64,000 nt of DNA from Patescibacteria group bacterium (GCA_004297735.1 SCTI01000002.1:350180-414179), one strand, 5' to 3'; shown: positions 51,596 to 61,982, counted from the stretch's first letter. Notes: generated from the sequence alone by a model not told the origin. A program made the numbers and translations.

Positions 51596-52339
51596 ATGTC
51601 CGGACACTCAAAATGGCACTCAATTAAACATCAAAAAGCGGCCGCTGACGCCAAGCGCGGAGCAGCGTTTACTAAGTTGGCTAACGCCATTGCGCTGGCT
51701 ACTAAAAAGGGCGGTAGCGATCCGGAGACTAATTTTTCGTTGCGCCTGGCAATTCAAAAAGCCAAAGCCTCTAACATGCCGGCCGCTAACATTGAGCGCT
51801 CAATTAAGCGTGGCTCGGGTCAGTTGGGCGGAGATCAGATTGAAGAGATTACTTATGAGGGCTACGGCCCGGGCGGGGTGGCGCTCATTATTGAGGTGGC
51901 GACCGATAATCGCAATCGCACCGGCCCTGAGGTCCGCACCGCCTTAAGTAAGTCGGGTGGTCGCATGGCCGATGCCGGCTCGGTGGCGTACCAGTTTGAC
52001 TACCGTGGAACTCTTCGCCTAAAGCCAAGTGACATCGAGGCTGCCACGTTGGACGCGATTGAGGCCGGGGCGGTTGATGTGGATGAGGATGAGGACGAGC
52101 TGATCGTATATACCAACCCCAAGGAACTCAATGCGGTTCAGACCAAGTTGACCGAAATGGGTTACACGCCAGAGTCGGCCGAGCTGGCTTACATTCCTAA
52201 AAACACCATCGTAATCAGCGATCAAAAAACCGCCCAACAGATTATTAAGCTGATGGACACGCTTGACGATATGGATGACGTTACTGCAACTCATGCAAAC
52301 TTTGATTTCGATGAAGAGACGGCCAAGGCTTTGGCATGA
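51596..52339 (+). CDS. YebC/PmpR-family DNA-binding regulatory protein
   Basis: MSGHSKWHSIKHQKAAADAKRG N-terminus. Confidence 0.9.
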   Translation: MSGHSKWHSIKHQKAAADAKRGAAFTKLANAIALATKKGGSDPETNFSLRLAIQKAKASNMPAANIERSIKRGSGQLGGDQIEEITYEGYGPGGVALIIEVATDNRNRTGPEVRTALSKSGGRMADAGSVAYQFDYRGTLRLKPSDIEAATLDAIEAGAVDVDEDEDELIVYTNPKELNAVQTKLTEMGYTPESAELAYIPKNTIVISDQKTAQQIIKLMDTLDDMDDVTATHANFDFDEETAKALA

Positions 52340-52818
52340 AAATTCTTGGCATCGACCCCGGAACCGCTACGACCGGGTTTGGTGTGATTGAAAAGCAGGG
52401 TGATAAACTTAGATTTGTTGATGCCGGGGTGATTTCAACCACACCGGACGAGGAGATGCACCGCCGGCTGGTTAGAATTGATGAGTGCCTGGAGCAGCTG
52501 ATCACCGAGCACAACCCGGATATGGTAGCGGTGGAGCAGCTTTACTTTGCGACCAATGTTACCACCGCCATCACGGTTGGCCAGGCTCGTGGCGTGGTTT
52601 TGCTGGCGGCTGGCCGGCATGCTCTGCCGCTTCACGAATATACCCCGCTGCAGGTTAAACAGGCGGTAACTGGGTACGGCAAGGCCGATAAAAAACAGGT
52701 TCAAGAGATGGTTAAGATGATTTTACAGCTAGATGGCATACCAAAACCGGATGATGCGGCCGATGGACTGGCAATTGCAATCACGCACGCCAACCAGGGC
52801 GTGGGAGTTAGAGCATGA
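52336..52818 (+). CDS. ruvC: crossover junction endodeoxyribonuclease RuvC
   Basis: ILGIDPGTATTGFGVI...MVAVEQLYF motifs. Confidence 0.9.
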   Translation: MKILGIDPGTATTGFGVIEKQGDKLRFVDAGVISTTPDEEMHRRLVRIDECLEQLITEHNPDMVAVEQLYFATNVTTAITVGQARGVVLLAAGRHALPLHEYTPLQVKQAVTGYGKADKKQVQEMVKMILQLDGIPKPDDAADGLAIAITHANQGVGVRA

Positions 52819-53390
52819 TCGCAACGATTGAGGGAGCGGTGGCCGAAAAGCTGGCCGGCAGCGTTGTGGTTGAGCTAGGTGGCATTGGGTACGAGGTAGT
52901 GGTATCGGTGGCCGACTGGGGTGCCGCGGCAATTGGCTCTACAACCAAGTTTTATGTTTACGAGCACATTCGCGAGGACTCACATCAGTTATTCGGCTTT
53001 AATAGTCGCTCCGATAAAGAGTTATTTATTTTGCTGTTAAGTGTTAACGGTGTGGGCCCCAAGGTCGCGATGCAGGTTATGAGCGCGGCCACTGGCGAGC
53101 GACTACGCGCCGCAATCGCTTCGGGTGACTCCAGCTTGTTTAAAAATGTGTCGGGGGTTGGTAAAAAAACGGCTGAGCGCATAATGGTTGAATTAAAGAA
53201 CAAGGTTGAGGCTGGCGGAGAGATTGGGGTTGAGCTTACGGGCGGCGGGGTCGGTAGCGAAGATCCTGCCTACCAGGCACTAATTGGCTTAGGCTATAAG
53301 CCGGCCCAGGCGGCGGCGGCGGTTTCATCTCTACCCAGCGAGGTGACCGACGAGCAAGAGCGAGTAAGATTGGCTCTCAGGAATCTTTAA
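52815..53390 (+). CDS. ruvA: Holliday junction DNA helicase RuvA
   Basis: Domain I OB fold, HhH motifs (VNGVGPKVAMQV, VSGVGKKTAERI). Confidence 0.9.
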   Translation: MIATIEGAVAEKLAGSVVVELGGIGYEVVVSVADWGAAAIGSTTKFYVYEHIREDSHQLFGFNSRSDKELFILLLSVNGVGPKVAMQVMSAATGERLRAAIASGDSSLFKNVSGVGKKTAERIMVELKNKVEAGGEIGVELTGGGVGSEDPAYQALIGLGYKPAQAAAAVSSLPSEVTDEQERVRLALRNL

Positions 53391-53433
53391 GCTTAATATG
53401 GCTAAATATAAAAATAACTAAGAAAGAATTAAC

Positions 53434-53925
53434 ATGAGCCAACTCGCCTCAGCTCCAAAAACTAAATATGCGGTGCCGGTAGCGGTGATAGCGCTGCTAC
53501 TGTTTGGCATTTTAAGCGCCTATATTATCAAGTCCAGTTCACCTGTCAATAATCAGGCCGGCATTTCCTCAACCGCGACCGAAGCATCCACTTCTTCGAC
53601 CGGTGCCTCAGCCACTAGTTCAAGCACGCAGTTTAAAGACGGCACCTATTCGGCGGAGGGAGATTATGCGACACCGGGTGGAACCGAAGCGATTGACGTT
53701 ACTTTAACGGTAAAGGGCGGAGTGGTAACCGATAGTTCGGTTTCGCAGCAGCCGGCCGATCATGACTCCCGGGCTTACCAGATGGAGTTTGCTAAAAGCT
53801 ACAAGAGCAGCGTGGTTGGCCGTAGCTTATCCGAACTTAAACTTGATGTGGTGGCCGGCTCATCGCTCACCTCCGGCGGCTTTAACGAGGCGGTGGACAG
53901 TATTCGGACTCAAGCGAGCTCCTAG
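53434..53925 (+). CDS. membrane-anchored FMN-binding domain protein (FMN_bind)
   Basis: Signal anchor, Ser/Thr linker, then FMN_bind pattern (DGTYSAEGDYATPGGTEAIDVTLTVKGGVVTD...VVAGSSLTSGGFNEAVDSI). Confidence 0.6.
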   Translation: MSQLASAPKTKYAVPVAVIALLLFGILSAYIIKSSSPVNNQAGISSTATEASTSSTGASATSSSTQFKDGTYSAEGDYATPGGTEAIDVTLTVKGGVVTDSSVSQQPADHDSRAYQMEFAKSYKSSVVGRSLSELKLDVVAGSSLTSGGFNEAVDSIRTQASS

Positions 53926-53926
53926 G

Positions 53927-54811
53927 ATGGGCTCGACCGGCTTTGAGTTTAAGGCGATTGGCACCAGCTGGAAGATTGAGATTTACGATGATTTATCGCC
54001 GAGCGGCCATAAAGAAATTAAGCTTGCAATCGATCGGCGCATAGATCAATTCGACCAAATCTATTCGCGCTTTCGGCCCGATTCGCTGGTTTCGCAAATC
54101 GCTAAATCTCCTGGTAAGTATCAATTCCCTGATGACTCGGTCGAGCTGTTTAAACTATATCGAACGGCTTATGAGCTGACCGTAGGCTTGGTTACACCGC
54201 TGATTGGCGGCATGATGGCTGACGCCGGTTACGACCGGGATTATAGCTTTAAGCAGCGCCCAATTCGCACGGTTCCAGATTGGGATGAGGTGATGAGTTT
54301 TAGTGGCACCACCTTAACCACCAGGCAGCCGGTACAGCTTGATTTTGGCGCCGCCGGCAAGGGTTACCTGGTTGACTTGGTTGGCGAGGTGCTTGAGCGG
54401 CATGGCTACAGGCAGTACCTGGTTAATGCTGGAGGGGACATGCGTCACCGGGGCCGCTCGCCGTTAAGGGTTGGCTTGGAGGACCCGACCGACAGCACCA
54501 AGGCGATTGGGGTGTTTGAGCTGCGTAATAAAAGTCTTTGCGCTTCGGCAACCAACCGGCGGCGGTGGGGCGATTATCATCACGTTATGGATCCAGCCGC
54601 CCAAAAATCTACCGATCGTGTGGTGGCAACTTGGGCGGTGGCCGATACTACCGCTCTGGCCGACATGGCCGCAACAGCGCTCTTTTTTAGCACTCCCGAT
54701 CAGCTGCACCAGCTTGGCAGTTTTGAGTACGCGCTAATAGATAAGGGCGGCCATATGGTTGCTTCGTCCGCCTTGGAGCCGGCAATTTTTAAGCCAAAGG
54801 GTATACAATAG
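53927..54811 (+). CDS. apbE: FAD:protein FMN transferase ApbE
   Basis: ATG 2 nt after the upstream stop. ApbE family motifs (LDFGAAGKGYLVDL..., VNAGGDMR). Confidence 0.8.
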   Translation: MGSTGFEFKAIGTSWKIEIYDDLSPSGHKEIKLAIDRRIDQFDQIYSRFRPDSLVSQIAKSPGKYQFPDDSVELFKLYRTAYELTVGLVTPLIGGMMADAGYDRDYSFKQRPIRTVPDWDEVMSFSGTTLTTRQPVQLDFGAAGKGYLVDLVGEVLERHGYRQYLVNAGGDMRHRGRSPLRVGLEDPTDSTKAIGVFELRNKSLCASATNRRRWGDYHHVMDPAAQKSTDRVVATWAVADTTALADMAATALFFSTPDQLHQLGSFEYALIDKGGHMVASSALEPAIFKPKGIQ

Positions 54812-54815
54812 AGTT

Positions 54816-56327
54816 ATGAAGCCAATCATCGATTACGTTGACGCCGTCTTAAACTCAATCACGATGTACAGATTGGTTTTGTATGTGCTACTAACAATTA
54901 GTAGCTTAGCTCTAATTTTATCTTTGCTAGGGCTGATGAGTTACGACCCGGTAGCGTTGGTGCTATCGGCGGCGGTCCTGGTTGGCGTAAGCTGGAGTGT
55001 TAACCAAATCCTGGCACTGCTGTTTAAGGCCCAGACCAGCGTTGAGGCATCGCTGATAACCGGGCTAATTTTATTCCTTATCCTTAAGCCAACCTCCGAT
55101 CCACTAGGGTTGCTAGTGTTGGTGGCGGCTGGCGTGGTGGCGGTGGCTCCCAAGTACTTTTTTGGGCCACTGCGGAGCGTGTTCAACCCGGCCGCAATTG
55201 CAGCATTAACGGTAAGCTTCTTGGGCTTAACCAGTGCAACTTGGTGGGTGGGCAGTAAGGTCTTGCTACCAGTCGTTTTTGTGGCGGGTGTGTTGCTTAT
55301 TCGCAAGCTGCATAAATTCCAGCTTGTTGGCCTGTTTTGGCTAACGGTACTGGCGGTGGTGGTAGTGACGGCATTTATTGATGGTAGCGATAAAGGTGCT
55401 GCCATAAAAATTGCGGTTCTGTCCGGGCCATTGGTGTTTATGGGTACGGTGATGCTAACCGAACCGACTACGCTGCCACCAACCAGAAAATGGCAATGGG
55501 TTTATGCGGTGGTGGTGGGATTATTGTTTAGCGTGCAGTTTCAACTGGGGCCGCTTGACTCCAGCCCGGAGCTAGCTTTGGTGGCGGGTAACCTGTTGGG
55601 TTACGCGGTTAGTGGAAAACGCCGAATTACGCTGCGCTGGGTCAAAACCACTCAACTCGCGCCTTCTCTGTATGAGTTTATTTTTACATCGAACTATTGG
55701 TTAAAGTATCAGCCGGGCCAGTACTCTGAGTGGACACTGTCGCATCATCGCCCAGATGATCGTGGCACTCGCCGCTTCTTTACGGTTGCCTCTGCTCCTA
55801 ACGGCCAGACGGTTCGCCTGATGGCCCGCATTAATCCCGAATCAATGAGTTCGTACAAGCGGGCGATGTTGCAGCTTAAGGCTGGTTCGGTGGTGGGCGG
55901 AGGCAAAATGGAGGGTGATTTTACACTGCCTCGGTCGCCTGATCAAAAGCTAGGCTGGATTGCTGGTGGTATTGGTGTAACGCCGTTTGTAGCAATGGCG
56001 GAATGGCTCGGACAGTCTCAGCAACAGCGCGATGTGGCCATGTTGTATACGGCGGCTAAGCCAACCGAGTTCTTGGTTGATGAGCTGTGGACTAACACTC
56101 CTGGTCTGCGGTTAACCAAGGTTGTAACCGACCAAAAATCCGAGGGCTGGCAGGGCGAAACCGGCTTTATTGATGCGGCAATGTTACGGCGAAACGTCCC
56201 TGATTTTAAGGAGCGGCGGTGGTATATCTCTGGCCCTAATGCGATGGTGGTAAATTATCGCTGGATGCTGATTAAGGCGGGAGTGCCATTCAACCAAATT
56301 GTGACCGACTACTTTTCGGGTTATTAA
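54816..56327 (+). CDS. membrane flavoprotein: N-terminal polytopic domain fused to ferredoxin-NADP reductase-like FAD/NAD(P)-binding domain
   Basis: The ORF-track start (54759) is an upstream extension; ATG at 54816 follows the apbE stop. RRFFTVAS (RxYS FAD motif) and GGIGVTP (NAD motif). Confidence 0.6.
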   Translation: MKPIIDYVDAVLNSITMYRLVLYVLLTISSLALILSLLGLMSYDPVALVLSAAVLVGVSWSVNQILALLFKAQTSVEASLITGLILFLILKPTSDPLGLLVLVAAGVVAVAPKYFFGPLRSVFNPAAIAALTVSFLGLTSATWWVGSKVLLPVVFVAGVLLIRKLHKFQLVGLFWLTVLAVVVVTAFIDGSDKGAAIKIAVLSGPLVFMGTVMLTEPTTLPPTRKWQWVYAVVVGLLFSVQFQLGPLDSSPELALVAGNLLGYAVSGKRRITLRWVKTTQLAPSLYEFIFTSNYWLKYQPGQYSEWTLSHHRPDDRGTRRFFTVASAPNGQTVRLMARINPESMSSYKRAMLQLKAGSVVGGGKMEGDFTLPRSPDQKLGWIAGGIGVTPFVAMAEWLGQSQQQRDVAMLYTAAKPTEFLVDELWTNTPGLRLTKVVTDQKSEGWQGETGFIDAAMLRRNVPDFKERRWYISGPNAMVVNYRWMLIKAGVPFNQIVTDYFSGY

Positions 56328-56370
56328 GCTACTTTCGTCTTTTGTACGGTCAATTTGCTATACTTAAGCC

Positions 56371-57399
56371 ATGATTGAGCGCGTTACGGTAGCGGCCGAA
56401 CAGACCGACGATCCAGTTGAGCAGCAGCTGGAAGAGACTTTGCGCCCCAAAACTTTTGATAGCTACATTGGGCAGCAACTACTTAAAGATACTTTGCAGC
56501 TTGCGATCGAAGCCGCTAAAGGACGATCCGAATCGGTAGACCACATCTTGCTTTATGGCCCTCCCGGTCTAGGTAAGACCACCATGGCTGGTGTGATCGC
56601 GGCCGAGATGGGTTCAAGCTTGCGGGTTACTTCTGGGCCAGCCATTGAGCGGGCCGGTGATTTAGCCTCAATCTTAACCAACTTGCAGGATGGCGATATT
56701 TTGTTTGTTGATGAGATTCACCGTTTACCCAAAACGGTCGAAGAGGTGTTGTACCCGGCGATGGAGGATTTTGGCATCGACATTATGCTGGGTAAAGGCC
56801 CGTCGGCCAAGTCGATGCGGCTGGACCTGCCCAAGTTCACCATTATTGGAGCGACCACTAGGGTAGGTACGCTGGGAGCGCCGTTCCGTGATCGCTTTGG
56901 CATGGTGCAGCGCCTGGAATATTACACCGAGGCTGAAATGGTAAAAATTCTTAAGCGGTCGGCCCGGATATTAGATATTAAGCTAGAGGATGCGGCGGCG
57001 ATAGAGATTGCCCGTCGTTCTCGCTTGACGCCCCGAATTGCCAACCGCTTACTTAAGCGGGTGCGCGACTTTGCTCAGGTGCGCCATGGCGGGGTAATTA
57101 CCGCCGAGGTGGCGCATGAAGCGTTGGGCATGCTCGAAATTGATGACTTGGGTTTGGATGCCAGCGATCGCCGCTTGCTCAAGGCAATCATCGATAATTA
57201 TGATGGTGGACCGGTTGGTCTGCAGACAATCGCGGCGTTGACTTCGGAAGATCAGTCGACGATTGAGGATGTTCATGAGCCATACTTGATGCAGCTAGGG
57301 TTGCTAGAGCGAACCAACCGAGGAAGAAAGGTTACTAAAAAAGCTTACTTACATTTAGGGGTTGAGCCGCCGGCCGACGCTCAAGCCAGCTTGCTATGA
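56371..57399 (+). CDS. ruvB: Holliday junction branch migration helicase RuvB
   Basis: Walker [10 protein letters not shown], Walker B DEIH, sensor 2. Confidence 0.95.
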   Translation: MIERVTVAAEQTDDPVEQQLEETLRPKTFDSYIGQQLLKDTLQLAIEAAKGRSESVDHILLYGPPGLGKTTMAGVIAAEMGSSLRVTSGPAIERAGDLASILTNLQDGDILFVDEIHRLPKTVEEVLYPAMEDFGIDIMLGKGPSAKSMRLDLPKFTIIGATTRVGTLGAPFRDRFGMVQRLEYYTEAEMVKILKRSARILDIKLEDAAAIEIARRSRLTPRIANRLLKRVRDFAQVRHGGVITAEVAHEALGMLEIDDLGLDASDRRLLKAIIDNYDGGPVGLQTIAALTSEDQSTIEDVHEPYLMQLGLLERTNRGRKVTKKAYLHLGVEPPADAQASLL

Positions 57400-57548
57400 A
57401 GCGGTCATCCGAGCCAATTAAGGCCCCAGATTCAAGCGACGTTGTAACGGTAACCCCCGCTTCAGCGCTGCAGGCAAAGCTTAGGCGCCTGCAACAACTC
57501 CATCGACAGCTGCGCCGCCGACTAGATCAAGCTAAGTAGCCGCTTAAG

Positions 57549-57854
57549 CTAAAACGAGAACGGGTTGGATTTACCAACGTTCACCGGTGTGGTGCTGCCG
57601 GCGGAGGAGTCGAGCTTGGTAACTTGATCAAGCGTTTGCTTATTGATCTTAAGTCCAGCGGTCTTAGCCTCCTTTTCTTTAGCCTGGAGGTAGACTGGGT
57701 CCGGCTCAACCGAGGTGATCTGGCTGATTTGATAGGCGGTAAAGCCAAACAGCGCCACCACTACTAGGGTGGTAAGCAGTGTTTTATAGCGCAATGCTAG
57801 TGGCAATAGCTTTTTAGGGTTGAGGTCGGCGATGGTGATTTGTTGATTTATCAT
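57549..57854 (-). CDS. small membrane protein at the end of the pilMNO operon (PilP-like position)
   Basis: 101 aa, single TM, 4-nt overlap with pilO. Confidence 0.4.
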   Translation of the reverse strand: MINQQITIADLNPKKLLPLALRYKTLLTTLVVVALFGFTAYQISQITSVEPDPVYLQAKEKEAKTAGLKINKQTLDQVTKLDSSAGSTTPVNVGKSNPFSF

Positions 57855-58396
57855 GGCTTTAAAAAGGCGTTTAAGGTTACATCAAAGGTCAGCGATTTAC
57901 TGGTACCGGAGCTAATGTTAAGCGAGGTGACATTGGTGTAGCGACCGAGGTTTTCTTGAAGCTGTAAAAAGCGCTGCAGTTGATCGTAGGTGCCAATTAG
58001 CTGGAAGGTAACCGGTACGGCCAGAATATCGCCAACCTTAACGGTCTGGCTGGTTGGGCCAGGAACGGTTGAGGGGGAGAAGGTAAGTGAATCAAGGGTC
58101 ATACCACTAACCCCGGCAATCTCGCGAAGCTGCAAGGCTAAACGTGACTGCTGCTTTTCGACCGGCAGAGCGTCATAGACCTTGGTGATGGTGGGCTCAA
58201 GCTGGCGGTACTGCTGCTGCAGCTGAGTAAGTGTATCTAGCTTTTTGTCGACAATTTGCTCGTCTGCTAGGCGCTGACTAAGGGTGGCGGTGTCGCGGTA
58301 CAGCTCTTGGCTGACATAGTAGTAGCCATAAGCCCCGGCGGCAATAATAACAACCAGTAGCCCGCAGAGTGCATAAAATAGTTTTTTAGCCGACAT
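57851..58396 (-). CDS. pilO: type IV pilus assembly protein PilO
   Basis: N-terminal TM, coiled coil, position after PilN with an overlapping stop/start. Confidence 0.6.
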   Translation of the reverse strand: MSAKKLFYALCGLLVVIIAAGAYGYYYVSQELYRDTATLSQRLADEQIVDKKLDTLTQLQQQYRQLEPTITKVYDALPVEKQQSRLALQLREIAGVSGMTLDSLTFSPSTVPGPTSQTVKVGDILAVPVTFQLIGTYDQLQRFLQLQENLGRYTNVTSLNISSGTSKSLTFDVTLNAFLKP

Positions 58397-58941
58397 CAGC
58401 GTGCCTTCCCCGGGTTAAAACTAAAGGTCACCGTTACGACGTAGAAGTTACTTTCGGTATCTTTTTTAATACTTTCGATATCGGCGGCGCTAACTCGGCT
58501 AGACTTGGTGATGCTGTCACGGAAGGCTAAAGCGGTTTTATAGTCGGCGGCTTTTACCGTTAGGCGAACCGGCTTTTTGTCATCGCCAGTCAAGGTGATG
58601 GTTGAGATAGAACTGCCTTGAGGCATGTACTGGGCTAGGTCGGTTAAAAGAACCGAAAACTTAGCCTGGCTTTTTTGAATGGTTTGGATTGAGTTAAGTC
58701 GCTGGTTGAGGGCGGCCCCTTTGGTCTCAACCTCCTTGTACTTCTTGATAGAGTCTTGCTTTTGGGCGACTCTTTGTTCAACCGCCGCGGTTTGTTGGCC
58801 GAGATACCAGCGCCCACCATACAGCATAGCCGCCAAGCCCAGGCAGACTAGGATGGTTAATTTAAGGTAGCGCAGTAGGCTGGCATTGTAACGAGAGTAG
58901 CGCAGCTCACTTTTAAACGCGGGTGGTAGTAGATTGATCAT
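58396..58941 (-). CDS. pilN: type IV pilus assembly protein PilN
   Basis: MINLLPP...LRYSRYNASLL N-terminus typical of PilN. 4-nt overlap with pilM. Confidence 0.7.
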   Translation of the reverse strand: MINLLPPAFKSELRYSRYNASLLRYLKLTILVCLGLAAMLYGGRWYLGQQTAAVEQRVAQKQDSIKKYKEVETKGAALNQRLNSIQTIQKSQAKFSVLLTDLAQYMPQGSSISTITLTGDDKKPVRLTVKAADYKTALAFRDSITKSSRVSAADIESIKKDTESNFYVVTVTFSFNPGKAR

Positions 58942-60002
58942 AGTAGCCCTCGCAGAGCCAGGCCAACAGCGGTGGTGTATAAGGGGGCTTCGTGGTTGGT
59001 ATCAAGGTGAGCCTTTTTGGTGTTGATGTTGCGCCAGGGGTCAGATACGCGCAGAGGCAGACCGAGCTTGGCCTGCAGATAATCTCCCAGCCCCGGCATG
59101 CTGGCGCTACCACCCGATATGGCAATCGAGGTGACCTTTTGTTTGCCATCGCCACGCTCTTCGTAGTACTTAATGACGCGTTTTACTTCTTTAATAATGG
59201 TTTGAAGGTTGGGCTCGATAGCGGGTAGAATTTTATCGTGCAAGCCACTGCCGCCAATACCAAACTTAACCTTAATCTCGTTGGCTTGATCGCGCTTTAA
59301 GCTTAATTTGGAGGTAATAGTATCGGTAAAGCTATCGCCTCCTACCGGTATGCTGGCGGTGAGAGGGGTGTACTTTTCGTAAATGGTTAAATCGGTCTCT
59401 AGTGAGCCAATATCCATCACCAAGGTGCTTCCGCCGGCATCGCCGCTGTGCAACAGCGCTCTAACCACCGCCGTCATACCTGATTCTAAGGCCCCGATCT
59501 CCAAGCCAAGTAGGTCGAATAATTGAATGTACGAATCAACAATCGCTCTAGGGGCGGCGATGGTTAAGATCTGACTTTGACCATCCTTGCCGCTAGCGGG
59601 GTGGATGACCTCGTAGTCGATATATAGATCATTTAACGGAACCGGCACATACTGCTCAATCTCGTAGCTGATCGCTTGATCAAGCTCGGCAGGGCTCATG
59701 GCTGGCAGGTTGAGGGTGCGCGTAAACAGCTTAGCGGTTGGCAGCCCGGTGACAACCCGCTTGGCGGTGAGCTTGCCGTAACTAAGTTTACGCAGCATTG
59801 GCCTGACTACCTCAGCAATTTGCTCTGGTTCGGCAATAATGCCCTCAACAATTGCCTCGCGCGGAAAGTAAGCATAGCCAAAACCTTGGACGGCCGTACT
59901 GTTACCCGACCGGCGCAACTGAACCACCTTGATGGTATGGGTACCGATATCAAAGCCAAAACGCGGCGCTTCTCGATAAATTAGGGGAACTCGCACACTC
60001 AC
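58938..60002 (-). CDS. pilM: type IV pilus assembly ATPase-fold protein PilM
   Basis: Actin-like FGFDIGTHTIKVV and DIGSLETDLTI motifs. Confidence 0.85.
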   Translation of the reverse strand: MSVRVPLIYREAPRFGFDIGTHTIKVVQLRRSGNSTAVQGFGYAYFPREAIVEGIIAEPEQIAEVVRPMLRKLSYGKLTAKRVVTGLPTAKLFTRTLNLPAMSPAELDQAISYEIEQYVPVPLNDLYIDYEVIHPASGKDGQSQILTIAAPRAIVDSYIQLFDLLGLEIGALESGMTAVVRALLHSGDAGGSTLVMDIGSLETDLTIYEKYTPLTASIPVGGDSFTDTITSKLSLKRDQANEIKVKFGIGGSGLHDKILPAIEPNLQTIIKEVKRVIKYYEERGDGKQKVTSIAISGGSASMPGLGDYLQAKLGLPLRVSDPWRNINTKKAHLDTNHEAPLYTTAVGLALRGLL

Positions 60003-60051
60003 CTCGTTACAATCTCTCTAATCCTATTATACCAAAAAGCTTATGTTTCGG

Positions 60052-61398
60052 TTAGGGTTGATAAAGAACCTCGCGCCAGCTGAGAATACTAAAAGCGTTG
60101 GTGTTGGGATAGCAAGGCGGAGGGGAGTAGGTTAGATTGGTGTCAAAGGAGGTGGTATTACTACCGTAACCCGAGGTTATATGGTTGCCGCTAACCCAGC
60201 TCCAAGTCCAGTAGTCGTAGCTGCTAATTGACCCGTAGAAACTGAGATTGCTCTTAACGGGACCATTGTTGGGGTACCAAACATGTCCTTTTTGGGCTAG
60301 AAGGGCGCCATTTATCTCAATATTGTTTGGGGCATAGCCGGCTACCTCAACATTCTTTTGAGCAATTAGGCCAAGTGCGGTACTGCCGTTTTTGGCGGCG
60401 TAGCGCAAATTATTGGTAATTTTAATGGTGGTATTTGTAGCCGGTACATCGGGCAGGCGGCCGCTACCGATGGTTAGACGACCGGTAAAACCGTCTCCAT
60501 CAACCCAAACGTTGTCGGCGGCGTACAGGCAGCCGTTGGCAGGCGCGGCTTGATTGCGGACAAAGGTGGTTTGGATGCCGCTACCGGTTTCGTTACGAAC
60601 GGTGTATATGTCGATGGTGCCGTTGGCTTTGAGCTTAAGGTAATACCCTTGTCGGTTGGTGGTGGGTAGGTATACGCCACCACTTTGCGACTGGGTGATC
60701 ATGTCCTGGATGTCGGCGGTAACCCCGTTGAAGTCAACGCTGGGTACCGGGTACTGCCACTGCGACTTGGGCCCACCATTACCCCATACGCCCGCCTTAG
60801 TGCTGCCGTCACCGCCAAACTGCGGGTTGGGCTTATAGGTTTCGCGGGCGGCTGTCACCGCTCCATCATTCTGACCATCCATATGGACGCCAACATTGGA
60901 GTGAATAGGCCCAGAGGTGTTTTCGTTTTGGCCAAACCAAACCTCGGTGCCGGTTAGCAGGCCGTAACTAGCAAAGGACGGAATACCCAGCTTAGCTTCG
61001 ATTGAGCGAGTACTCTTAAGCCCGTTAACCTGGCCGGTCGACTTAACGGTCACCACGGTCGATCCGGTTGGGGGTGGAGTGATGTACAGAGTGTAGGTGC
61101 CAATAACCTTGCCGGAGCTGTCGGTGTAGTTGTGAACATAGGGGCCGTATGGTGCGGTCGCCGGTGCGCCGGTGCCGTCCTGGTAGTCGGCGGCATCGTG
61201 AGCCAGGTGCCAAAGGTAGTAGTTGATGCCAGCCTCGGCAATTTGTAGCGCCGACTCAGCCCGCTGCTCATGGGTTGAAAAGCGAAGATTGGCGACCGCC
61301 ACTCCAGCTAAAGCAATGCCGATGGCGCTTAGCATCATAGCAAGACCCAGGATCATTGGAATGGAAAAGCCGGCTTGGTTGCGAAGGTAGTGTTTCAT
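60052..61398 (-). CDS. PilX-N-terminal-domain pilus protein with large beta-rich C-terminal domain
   Basis: N-terminal RNQAGFSIPMILGLAMMLSAIGIALAGVAV resembles the PilX N-terminal domain. 4-nt overlap with the upstream pilin gene. Confidence 0.55.
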   Translation of the reverse strand: MKHYLRNQAGFSIPMILGLAMMLSAIGIALAGVAVANLRFSTHEQRAESALQIAEAGINYYLWHLAHDAADYQDGTGAPATAPYGPYVHNYTDSSGKVIGTYTLYITPPPTGSTVVTVKSTGQVNGLKSTRSIEAKLGIPSFASYGLLTGTEVWFGQNENTSGPIHSNVGVHMDGQNDGAVTAARETYKPNPQFGGDGSTKAGVWGNGGPKSQWQYPVPSVDFNGVTADIQDMITQSQSGGVYLPTTNRQGYYLKLKANGTIDIYTVRNETGSGIQTTFVRNQAAPANGCLYAADNVWVDGDGFTGRLTIGSGRLPDVPATNTTIKITNNLRYAAKNGSTALGLIAQKNVEVAGYAPNNIEINGALLAQKGHVWYPNNGPVKSNLSFYGSISSYDYWTWSWVSGNHITSGYGSNTTSFDTNLTYSPPPCYPNTNAFSILSWREVLYQP

Positions 61399-61982
61399 AG
61401 GTTGGTCTTCTTGTTACGCAGGGTCACAATGGTCTGGGCCGACATTGGTTTGCGCAGCACCTTGGGATTAGGGTTGATTATCACCGTAATGCCAACTTGC
61501 TTAATCTGAGTAGTAGTAAAGCTGCCGCTCAACTGGGCGCCGGTGTCGTTAAAATAACTAAACACCATGCCACCACCGTTAAGGTTGCGAGCCAGAGTGT
61601 AGGTTTTACCGTCGGCGGCGTTATAGGTGTAGTTAGGGCCACTGCCACTTGGGGGGATAACGGTTGCTTTAAGGTCGCTACCATCAACAAAATAGGTAAT
61701 TTGTTTAACCACCGTATCTTGTGGCGAAAAGTAGGCAAAGACGGTAAGTCGATTCGACTGAGCTTCGGTTACGCTAGTTGAACCGCGAACCACTTTGGCA
61801 ACACGATTTAAGGTGTTTGATAGATCAACCGACGCATCGCTTTGGGTTTGGAGGTAGCGATAGCCTCGAGCACTACCGATTGTAACGTTAACCAAGGAGG
61901 TGACCAGAATAGCAATAATAGCCATAGTTATAACTAGCTCCAGCAAGGAGTAGCCCGACTGTCGGTTACGGAGTAGCGACAT
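61395..61982 (-). CDS. minor (pseudo)pilin with prepilin-type N-terminal cleavage/methylation domain
   Basis: QSGYSLLELVITMAIIAIL class III signal. Confidence 0.7.
   Translation of the reverse strand: MSLLRNRQSGYSLLELVITMAIIAILVTSLVNVTIGSARGYRYLQTQSDASVDLSNTLNRVAKVVRGSTSVTEAQSNRLTVFAYFSPQDTVVKQITYFVDGSDLKATVIPPSGSGPNYTYNAADGKTYTLARNLNGGGMVFSYFNDTGAQLSGSFTTTQIKQVGITVIINPNPKVLRKPMSAQTIVTLRNKKTNL

Noticed and set aside
53762-53926. Upstream extension of apbE overlapping the FMN-binding gene
   Set aside because: Out-of-frame overlap with a supported CDS. The ATG at 53927 directly follows the upstream stop.
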